Assembly (NCBI GenBank): GCA_963781885.1
Contig: CAWAHW010000007.1
Location: 32,001 to 96,000 of the forward strand
Direction: 5' to 3'
From: an uncultured Spirochaetota bacterium
GTDB taxonomy: Bacteria > Spirochaetota > Spirochaetia > SZUA-6 > Fen-1364
DNA length: 64,000 nt
Within the stretch, counting starts at the first letter, position 1. The number at the start of each line of letters is the position of its first letter. The notes beneath the pieces are model-generated. The model made no database searches, was not told where the DNA came from, and saw nothing but the letters and a program-made list of their open reading frames with translations. The position numbers and the translations under genes are program-made. This document shows, piece by piece, positions 1 through 32,444 of the stretch.

Positions 1-90
1 CAGTGGCCTGACCATCTCTCCACGGCGTACAGAAACACGGGCAAAAAGGGCTCCGACTTGATACGAGAGCAAAGGGATGGGCGCTTGTGA
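1..90 (+). CDS. 3' end of probable antitoxin (VapB/Phd-type), partial
   Basis: Frame 1 reads ...NTGKKGSDLIREQRDGRL*. Its stop overlaps the GTG start of the PIN gene (GTGA), a typical TA coupling. Confidence 0.6.
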   Translation, partial: QWPDHLSTAYRNTGKKGSDLIREQRDGRL

Positions 91-545
91 TTTACCTGGA
101 CACGAGCGCCTTCATCAAGTTGTACCTTCATGAGGAAGGCTCCGCCGAAGTGCACGAGCTGGTCACTGCCCAGCACGATCCACTTCCGGCCTGGAACGTG
201 TTGGAACTGGAGCTTTACAATACACTCCGGTTCAAGATATTTCTTGCCGAAATGAGCGCTGAAGAAATCGACCGGCTCATCGCCACTTACCTCGATAGGA
301 AAAGAGCCGGCCAGTACTACACCCCCTATCTGGATCCCATCACGCTCCATGAAATGGCACTGCAAATGACGGCCCGGACCCCCGTCATCGGGTGCCGATC
401 CCTGGACATTCTGCATGTGGCCGCCGCTCGTTCGATCCAGGCGGAGCGTTTCATCACGGCGGACAGGCGGCAAGCAACGCTCGCCGAAAGTGAAGGGCTC
501 CGCGTCGACGTCGTTCTGAACCGGGAACGGAAAAAGGAAGGTGCA
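87..545 (+). CDS. vapC: PIN-domain VapC-like toxin (runs in frame into the downstream methyltransferase)
   Basis: MIYLDTSAFIKLY...E...RSLDILHVAAA...FITADRRQ matches PIN acidic motifs. Confidence 0.8.
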
Positions 546-1439
546 ATGATGCCCGCAAGAAGAATCGAATCCACCGCGTCGAAGACCGCCGACATGACCT
601 GCGGGTGTCGGGCCCTGTCCTCGATGGACAAGAATCCGCTTTACAAAGGCGATGACTGGGTGTCCGCACAGCTCCTGCCCCGGAGGATCCAGCTCCTGAC
701 CCATATCCCTGGCGCCCGCGCGATGCTTACGCGGATGCTCGGTCCGAGGGGCGTCTACGAATGGGTGATCGCGCGTACGCGCTACATCGACGCCGTGATG
801 AAGAGCGCGCTCGCGGACGGGGTCTCCCAGGTGTTGATCTTCGGCGCCGGCTTCGACAGCCGCGCCATCCGGTTTCAGCGGGAGCTGGCCGATCGAAAGG
901 TTTTCGAGCTGGACGCGCCCACCACGCAGGCGATGAAGATCAGGCAGCTCAAGAAGCGCGGCGTCGTTCTGCCTCTCGACCTCGTTTTCGTGCCGGTCAA
1001 TTTTGAAAAAGAAAGCGCCGCGGAAAAGCTTGCAGAGGTGGGCTTTTGCAAGGGAGCGAAGACCCTTGCTATTGCCGAAGGCGTGACGCAATACCTCGCG
1101 CCCGCGGCGGCGGAGCAGATGATACGGACCATCGCGGAGCACGTCGGCGTGGGGAGCCGGCTCGTGCTCGACTATGCGCACGCCTCCGTCCTGCGGGGTG
1201 ACGGCACCTCGTACGGCGAACAGAGCATGACCCGCGGGGTGAACGACTTTGGCGAGTCCTGGCAGTTCGGGCTGGATGAGGTCGAGGTCGAGCCGTTCCT
1301 CCGGAGGCACGGCTTCGCAGAGCGCGATCGCAGGAGCCCGCGGCAACTGGAAGAGATGTATTTCCGGGACGTGGAGGGCAGGATCGTCGGTCGCGTGAAT
1401 GGGACCCAGAGCATCGTCTGGGCGGAGAAGAGCCTATAG
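546..1439 (+). CDS. SAM-dependent methyltransferase, leucine-carboxyl-methyltransferase-like family
   Basis: Motifs ARTRYID, QVLIFGAGFDSRA, VFELDAP, AEGVTQYL. Own RBS (AAGGAAGG) before ATG at 546. Confidence 0.85.
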   Translation: MMPARRIESTASKTADMTCGCRALSSMDKNPLYKGDDWVSAQLLPRRIQLLTHIPGARAMLTRMLGPRGVYEWVIARTRYIDAVMKSALADGVSQVLIFGAGFDSRAIRFQRELADRKVFELDAPTTQAMKIRQLKKRGVVLPLDLVFVPVNFEKESAAEKLAEVGFCKGAKTLAIAEGVTQYLAPAAAEQMIRTIAEHVGVGSRLVLDYAHASVLRGDGTSYGEQSMTRGVNDFGESWQFGLDEVEVEPFLRRHGFAERDRRSPRQLEEMYFRDVEGRIVGRVNGTQSIVWAEKSL

Positions 1440-1477
1440 GTGCGCAGCTATATTTGAGCGTGACAGCGCAGGCACGC

Positions 1478-2107
1478 CTATCGTTCGGTGTCCACACCCC
1501 TGCGCTTCACTCTTTTTGAGGCACGCACCGCGTCCTCAAAGGCTTTCATGCAGTGTTTTCTTACGGCAGGATCATAGGCCTTAATGGCTTCCTTGGAGAA
1601 CTTTGCCAGATTCCTGCTTATGAGCTCATACACATCGCTTCCGTCTTTGTGCGCAACGTTGGCACCCTGTTCGCGTAATTTGTCAAAGTAGACAGCTGCC
1701 TTGAGCTGCACCAGTGCATGCAAGCCGATGAAGGAAGCCCCCAGCTCCTCATCATACTCTCCGACTTTGCCAGGGTCGGGCATTCCCATGGGCATCTGCC
1801 AATCGTCTTCAGCAAATAAAATGTCGATCGTGACGCCCGTCTTCTTGTCCAAACAGTTTTCCGGTCCATTGCTTGAGATCTCACCCTGCAGCGGCAATAT
1901 TTTGCGCCAAGCTTCCCTATATGTGAGGACGTCTATATCCATTGTGGTTCGCGGATAGCCGTTTCGAATGACCGCCATTCCTCCAACGATACAATAGGTT
2001 AAATGTTTGGCAATGCTGAGGGCGTGGAAGCGGCGGACCACATCCATCAAGGGCGAATCCTTCATGTCTCCGTTGATTTTCAATATTTCGGCCGCTGTCA
2101 TCGGCAT
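1478..2107 (-). CDS. Pol-beta-superfamily nucleotidyltransferase-like protein, copy A
   Basis: Motif IVGGMAVIRNGYPRTTMDIDVL (GGxA..G..RxTxDxD) and C-terminal LK...KDGSDVYEL. About 70% identical to 36324-36944. Confidence 0.75.
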   Translation of the reverse strand: MPMTAAEILKINGDMKDSPLMDVVRRFHALSIAKHLTYCIVGGMAVIRNGYPRTTMDIDVLTYREAWRKILPLQGEISSNGPENCLDKKTGVTIDILFAEDDWQMPMGMPDPGKVGEYDEELGASFIGLHALVQLKAAVYFDKLREQGANVAHKDGSDVYELISRNLAKFSKEAIKAYDPAVRKHCMKAFEDAVRASKRVKRRGVDTER

Positions 2108-2196
2108 TCCTTCTTCTGCCTGTCCTTACTTGCCGTATCATCTTACCATAGCATACCGCGTCTTGTGTGCTCAACTTGATCCGATTGATAACCCGT

Positions 2197-26465
<24,269 letters not shown>

Positions 26466-26730
26466 TGACCTGTCGCAAGTATATACCGTATCGGCATTTC
26501 CATGTCGATGTACGCGAAGCCTCAATAAAGGATGCCCTGGCCGCCGAAACATGCTCGGAGCAGCACGGTAAGTACCTATGGAGCAGTACAATAGGCCAAA
26601 CGCGAAAGGTCGGGCTTTTGCCGGCAGCTTATGGTTCGCGCTCGCCTGATTGTTTTTCATCTCCCTCTTTTACGGCGAATGGATCGCTTCAAATACTGAT
26701 CTGCCGAATTGCTGTTGAGAGGGTGGTGTC
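26466..26730 (-). promoter_or_regulatory. CRISPR leader
   Basis: Lower-GC non-coding region between cas2 and the first repeat, with a GCGCGAACC...TTCGCG inverted motif as commonly seen in I-C leaders. Confidence 0.85.
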
Positions 26731-27018
26731 TTAAAAGATCATAGGACCTTCTGGATCGGCGACCTCCTTTGCACCGACATGCTCTACGCGATTGCGCCAA
26801 TTCGCCCCAAGGAAATAGAAGCGAAGACTGTCGTAATGCTCGTCGATAGCTTCCACCAATCGCGCACGCAACACCGCCCACTGGGCTGGATCGAGAAGGC
26901 ACTCAAACACCGAGTACTGAACTCGTCGCCCAAAGCCTTGGCAGATCTTGGCCACCCTGCGAAGCCGGCGTGTTCCATGCTCGTCTTGAGCAACGTCATA
27001 ACTCACCAGTACCATCAT
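26731..27018 (-). CDS. cas2: CRISPR-associated endoribonuclease Cas2
   Basis: MMVLVSYDV...RRLRRVAKICQGFGRRVQYSVFEC...DSLRFYFLG. Confidence 0.97.
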   Translation of the reverse strand: MMVLVSYDVAQDEHGTRRLRRVAKICQGFGRRVQYSVFECLLDPAQWAVLRARLVEAIDEHYDSLRFYFLGANWRNRVEHVGAKEVADPEGPMIF

Positions 27019-27020
27019 CG

Positions 27021-28052
27021 CTATTTCCAGATGAAAGCCGGATAGCCGTCGATATCGCCCCTGATATGGCGGGCAAGAAGGACGGGTTGGGTTTGAAGAA
27101 CAATACCGACGTGCATCTCCTCGCCAATAAAGGGATGGACTATCGAGTCCTGCTTCCGCTTCTGATAAGCGGACACAACGATTTTCCTCCCCGTTTCTGA
27201 CAGCAGTACAGCCCCAGACTCGGAGATGGTCAGGTCTTTCTGGTCGATCTGCCTGAGGTTGATAAGCGAAAGAACAAGCCGTTCGGCGATGAATGGTCTG
27301 AACTCCTCCATGAGGTCCAGGGCCAGACTCATACGTCCGGGCCTGTCCCTGTGAAGGAAGCCCACAGCGGGATCCAGGCCGCTGGTCTCCAGAGCGGAAC
27401 GGAGGTCGTGATAGAGCATTGTGTAGACAAATGACAGAAGAGCGTTCACGCGATCTAGTGGAGGCCGGCGGTTTCTGTCGTTGAAGGAAAAGTCGGCCTT
27501 CTGGGAAATGATGAGCTCGTTGAATACATCGAAGTAGATCCGGGCAGCGTCTCCCTCGATCCCCCGCAGGCGATCCAGATCCTTCTCCTCCAAAGCCGCA
27601 TCGACTCGCCATTTCAGCTCCTCGATTGCGCGCGATGTCTGCTCAGTCTGCATTTGATCGCCATGGTCTCTGAGGGCGCGAAGAAGGACCGAGCGACAAT
27701 TGGCGATCTTTGCGGCGACGATAGGTCGGGCGATGATCGCCGAACGTCTTGGGTTGTCGGATATGCGGTACTGCTCTCTCCTGAGAAGGACATTACCCGT
27801 CGTAGGACCTTCCACGCGTGCAAGGAATCTGCCGTAGGCACTCATGTAGCTAATGGTGACACCACACCTGGCGCAATGGCCCATGAGCGAAGGACTGATG
27901 AGCGCATCTCCGAAACAGACGACGGAGCCGATGCTGATGATGGGAACGCGCAGCTTGATCTCACCACCCGCCTTCACTGCTATCGCTTCGCCTTCCTTTT
28001 TGAGGTATGCGCCCTGCGTCATGACATACAGGGTGTTAAGCACTCGCTTCAC
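27021..28052 (-). CDS. cas1: Type I-C Cas1 integrase
   Basis: LNTLYVMTQGAYL, GNVLLRREQYR, LRGIEGDAARIYF, RNRRPPLDRVNALLSF, LALDLMEEFRP. GTG start overlaps the cas4 stop. Confidence 0.97.
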   Translation of the reverse strand: MKRVLNTLYVMTQGAYLKKEGEAIAVKAGGEIKLRVPIISIGSVVCFGDALISPSLMGHCARCGVTISYMSAYGRFLARVEGPTTGNVLLRREQYRISDNPRRSAIIARPIVAAKIANCRSVLLRALRDHGDQMQTEQTSRAIEELKWRVDAALEEKDLDRLRGIEGDAARIYFDVFNELIISQKADFSFNDRNRRPPLDRVNALLSFVYTMLYHDLRSALETSGLDPAVGFLHRDRPGRMSLALDLMEEFRPFIAERLVLSLINLRQIDQKDLTISESGAVLLSETGRKIVVSAYQKRKQDSIVHPFIGEEMHVGIVLQTQPVLLARHIRGDIDGYPAFIWK

Positions 28053-28681
28053 TCCGAAACCTCCTCCTTGAGCGCGCGGGAGAGATATTGATCGACAGAG
28101 GTCGGCCTGCTGAGCTTCTTCGGCATACAGATGCCTAAGAGGGAACAACGGGGGCATTTCATCACCGCGTAGACCGGTGGCGGTGTTCGGCCTTCCTGGA
28201 CAAACTCATGGAGTCTCGCCGCCGTGCGCCGCGTAAGTTCCCTCAGCGCGGCATCAAACTGAACGGGCTTACGGCGCCTGGTCTTGCCATAGTAGAGCGC
28301 CCCCAGATCAATTACCTCTCCCCGCATTTCTTCAAGGCAGAGTGCCTGAGCACAGAGCTGGACCTCGTCCATGTTTCCGGACTTTGGCTTGCCCCGTTTG
28401 TATTCCACAACAAGGATTGATCCATCAGCACCGTACTCCACCGCATCAGTCTTCCCGGAGAGACCGAGAGCCAGAGAGCGGATCGGCATGCCGAACTCTG
28501 TCTTTTTGGCAGGTCGTGCCTCTCGGGCGCCTGAGTGAGCGCGCGCGTGGAGAAGCTCTCCTTCGATCGTGTAGAGATTCTCCGACCACGCCTGCTCGAT
28601 GTGAATGAGGGCGCACTGCCTCTCGCAGAAGAGGAAGTGCTGGAGTGCTGAAAGGGGAAGGAGATCCTCGTCGGAATACAC
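28049..28681 (-). CDS. cas4: Cas4 RecB-like nuclease
   Basis: LSALQHFLFCERQCALIH, GKTDAVE, VEYKRG, QLCAQALCLEEM, C-terminal CPRCSLLGIC Fe-S cysteines. Confidence 0.96.
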   Translation of the reverse strand: MYSDEDLLPLSALQHFLFCERQCALIHIEQAWSENLYTIEGELLHARAHSGAREARPAKKTEFGMPIRSLALGLSGKTDAVEYGADGSILVVEYKRGKPKSGNMDEVQLCAQALCLEEMRGEVIDLGALYYGKTRRRKPVQFDAALRELTRRTAARLHEFVQEGRTPPPVYAVMKCPRCSLLGICMPKKLSRPTSVDQYLSRALKEEVSE

Positions 28682-28855
28682 TCACACACCTCCACGATTT
28701 GTGGCGCGGGGCGCCCCCTGCTCTTGGACCCCAGCGCCCCCCGGGGATCCTCTGCAGCAGGGTTCAAGATCGTTCAGTAAATACCAGCAGATGCAGTAGC
28801 CCGCTGCGACTCACTGTGACCGTTCAGCCGCGCCGGTCATTCATCATTGGAGCCA

Positions 28856-29728
28856 TCAGAATCCTTCCATAACCTCTGGCTTTAGGCCGTCGAGGCTCTG
28901 CAACTCATAGGTTCCATCAGGCATTACGGAAAGGCTCCTGTGTACTTTTGCCGATGAATACCGGCCCGCTTTGGAATCGTGCTTCCACCAGAAAACCTTT
29001 AGCACTTCCATCGACCCTTCCGGCCTCGCGGCTGAGGCATCGTTCTCGAACAACTTTGGAAGTACTCCCTTGATGGCCTCTGCGTCGTTGTCGCTGAATC
29101 CAGTTCTTTCTGCGAGCTGCGGATTCATTGAACCGTAGAACACGTACACACCCCGATCGATCCGATGCTTCATTCCCATCGTATCGGAGCCCCGCTTCTT
29201 TCCTTCACCCTCTCCGCTGACGCTCTTGGTAATCTGAGTGCTTGTGACACTGACGGGCTCTACACTGAAAGCCGTCTGAACTGTGACTGGTCCCCGGATG
29301 CCAATGGACACGCCGGCGTCGTCGTCGCTACCAGAGTCTTTCTCTTCCTTCGTGCCTTTTGCCCCCTTGACCGTCTTCGTACCCTTCTTGTACGCAAACA
29401 GTTGACCAAACGCTCTAACGTCGAACCACTTCTCGCAGGCGAGGTGTGCAGTAGCTTCCGTTCCCAGCTTGTTGCCTAAGGCCGCTTCCGCGCGTTGTCG
29501 CAGGCTTTTGGCGTCGTCAGTCTTCCGATCGTCCGACTGAACAAATATTGGCTCACCGGTTTCCATTAGCCGATCTCGCATCTTGCGCTTCAGACAGACG
29601 TCGCTGATTTCCCCGACGCCCTCGTAGTCCGTTCGTGGGCGGTTTCCATTAAGCGGATCACCGTTCGGGTTCGCATTCTTGACCCTGAGGATGACTGCGA
29701 AATCGATTTTGTTTTTAAGTATTGCCAT
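28856..29728 (-). CDS. cas7: Cas7/Csd2 (type I-C backbone)
   Basis: ANPNGDPLNGNRPR, SDVCLKRKMRD, DVRAFGQ, IRGPV, SDTMGMKH, NDASAARPEGSM. Confidence 0.96.
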   Translation of the reverse strand: MAILKNKIDFAVILRVKNANPNGDPLNGNRPRTDYEGVGEISDVCLKRKMRDRLMETGEPIFVQSDDRKTDDAKSLRQRAEAALGNKLGTEATAHLACEKWFDVRAFGQLFAYKKGTKTVKGAKGTKEEKDSGSDDDAGVSIGIRGPVTVQTAFSVEPVSVTSTQITKSVSGEGEGKKRGSDTMGMKHRIDRGVYVFYGSMNPQLAERTGFSDNDAEAIKGVLPKLFENDASAARPEGSMEVLKVFWWKHDSKAGRYSSAKVHRSLSVMPDGTYELQSLDGLKPEVMEGF

Positions 29729-29729
29729 C

Positions 29730-31733
29730 TTATTCTCCTTTCTCTTCGTCTTCGTTCTCGTCAGCGCTTTCGCCATCACTTGCCACCACCTCGAATTTTT
29801 TCTGCAACTCAAGACGTTGACAGTGATAGCCCAGCAGGTATTCGCCGGAAAGCTTCTTGTCGGATTGGAACTCCTCGTCCAGGAAAAGTGCGTGCACCGC
29901 GTCAAGCAGCTTTTTCATGTGGTGGAGAAACGCGGGCCGTTTACTCTGCAACCGGGTCTTGTAGGGAGTCAGCCCCCCCTCAATTATGCGCCACGTGGAA
30001 AAGGGGTGATCGGCGAATCGTTGCATAAGCTTTGCCGCGTTGGTGTCGCGCTTCTCTCCGCCAATGTAAAGAGCCCTTTCCTCGGTGTGCTCTGCGATTG
30101 CAAGCAAGCGACCGTATAAATAGTCACGAGAGCGCCGTTCTGGTTCCAAACCCATTTCGTAACTCCTTTCTCTACCAGATCCTTTGAAAAGTGCGCAGGC
30201 AATTCCAAGCGCTCTTTCCCAGTCCACATAGCTCAGACCGGCTCGGTTGGAAGCTCGATGTACGCAACCCTCCACCAAGTCACGGGGCACTGGCGCCGCG
30301 TCGATAATACACGGTAGCAGCCGCTCCACAGTCGTTCTTTTCAACTTGTCGGTGATCCTTCTGCCAAACGCTACCTCAGCGACTTCTCTGGGTGCCGGAG
30401 CACAAATACTCCACGTTGCTCTTACGTATGCCGCCTTGGCATTGACACCAGCGTCTTCCGTGAACAACAACAACGGCCAGGCAAAGGTCTTGTGCCAATC
30501 TTCGATCCGACCCAAGAACTCAATCCAGATAATTCACGGTAGTAGGTTATTGCCATTCTGCCTGGAGTTGCTGAATCCAGCCCCATGACGACCACCCCTT
30601 CGGTCACGCCGAGAGTTACTGTGTAGCCCGCGATCATTTTACTCAGGCGCAGCGCGAAAGTCTGACCGGAATCGGATATCTGAAGGGATTTCTCGCTACT
30701 ACTTTTGGCAGACGCAAGATTGTCGCCGGCTTCTGCTAACGCTTGGTCAAGCATCTCCTGGGTGCTGAGCAGCGGCGATGGCACATCCTTGCCGGATACT
30801 GCCCAGCTCACAACTGTGGATCCCCGCTTCGAAAGCCCTGCCGTTGGATCAGCCACCTCAGTGCGTTATGTGCCTTTTGGGTTACATCAAAGCCGACTCC
30901 ACACGCTTGGTCGGCGTCCAAGAATCTTCCCCGGAAAGTAAATCCGCTTAGGTCGTTCGACGAAATCAACTTGGCTTTGTCACCTGAGTTCCTGATTTTT
31001 GCGGGGTGTTGCTCTGCAAGCAGGACATTGTGTACTCCTGAGACGAAGCATACCCCGCGCTTTTCTTTTGTGCTCTGGTAGAACTTGATCCAGCTTTTTC
31101 GGATTGCCTGATCGCTCGAGAGGGACGTGTCTGGGTCACCGGGTTTCATCTCTACCGTCCAACGGACAAACGCATCTTCCGGGAGCTCTGTTCCCGCAAG
31201 AATAGAGAGAACCGGGTACTTGTCCTTCAGCGCAGTTTCGACACTTTTGGGCAACATGCCTTTATGGTCAAGCGGGAGCACGGCGTGGTCAACGGATCTT
31301 TAACCATGCGATTCTTCTTCACATACTTGAGCACAGCGGTCGTCTTGGGTTGCGGATCCTTCTCCACCCAACTTTGGAGTAGCTCCACGTATGATTCATG
31401 AGGTTCCGAAGGGTTCTTCGCATAGCCGGATGTCACTTCGCCGTCATAGTTGAGGAAGTCGCCCGCCACGTATTGCAGTTTGTCTGCGAGCGGATGGCTG
31501 GCCGGTCTTGTTCCCGCCCTTCCCCCTGAGGCTTCCGTGCATGGGATAATGGTCGCTCTCTCCTCTCGCGATAGACTTCGTGCTCTGAGGAAGCGCCCAT
31601 TCCCATCCAAAGTCACTTCGATATGCGCGTTTTGGGTCGTATGGCAGATTGGAAGAAGTGGAGCATCTGACGAGCTAATGCTGCCATGGACGGCATTCTC
31701 GTAAGTGTCATTAAGTTTCTGAATCCAGCTCAT
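29730..31733 (-). CDS. cas8c: Cas8c/Csd1, split by three frameshifts (pseudogene or sequencing indels)
   Basis: Four consecutive fragments: MSWIQKLNDTY/HPLADKLQYVAGD; AKLISSND..FTFRGRF..QKAHNALRWLI; LDSATPGRMAITYYRE; RSRDYLYGRLLA..YLLGYHCQR. Confidence 0.9.
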
Positions 31734-31738
31734 TGCTC

Positions 31739-32431
31739 CTAATCCTCCCTCACGCTTTTGAAGTTTGAATTCTCAAAAAAAAGTTTCGGGTGCATCTCGC
31801 GGATAAACTTGCGGACTTTGCAATCGCCCGGAAGGTCGAAACTGATCACGCCTTTCATCATTCTGGGAATCCAGAAGCGTGCCCAGAACTCGGGCTTACC
31901 AATCTCGTCTGGGTAGTCGAAACCATGAAACATCAGTCCCCAACTGAGCTCCGGATCGTCGTCATATTTGCCGTCGCCTGCTCCGAACTGACACGGTGCC
32001 ACGTATCCTTGACAGTCTCTGGTGCCAAGGAAGATGTCTTGCCGGCCGCCCTTTTCGATTGCCCTCTGAGCCATCTCATAGTGCTTTCCATCGATTCGAT
32101 CCCCCGTCAACTCTTTCCGGAATTCGTTCCATTCGAAATGCGCCTGGACCTGATACTCAACATCGGATAAAAAGGTATATATTGCGAGGTCGTTTCCGCC
32201 GCCGTACTTGAGCGGCTTTGTTCCCTTTGTTTGGGTCTTGATGGGCTTCATGACCCGAACTTTATCGATCACCCAGACAAGCGTTGGTTTCCAGTAGATG
32301 GATTTTGCAATACCCTTGAGCGCCTCATACGTCGGGATTTGGTACGAGCACTTTTCTCCGCCCAATTTCGTAAGTGGGTCTGTAAACAACGCATATGCAC
32401 CCCAGACTTTGAACTCGACGCTGTTTTTCAC
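31739..32431 (-). CDS. cas5: Cas5c/Cas5d pre-crRNA processing endonuclease
   Basis: VWGAYALFTDP..GGEKCSYQIPTYEALKGI..IYWKP, DIFLGTRDC. GGAGG RBS before the GTG start. Confidence 0.95.
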   Translation of the reverse strand: MKNSVEFKVWGAYALFTDPLTKLGGEKCSYQIPTYEALKGIAKSIYWKPTLVWVIDKVRVMKPIKTQTKGTKPLKYGGGNDLAIYTFLSDVEYQVQAHFEWNEFRKELTGDRIDGKHYEMAQRAIEKGGRQDIFLGTRDCQGYVAPCQFGAGDGKYDDDPELSWGLMFHGFDYPDEIGKPEFWARFWIPRMMKGVISFDLPGDCKVRKFIREMHPKLFFENSNFKSVRED

Positions 32432-32444
32432 ACATGTCCTCCTT

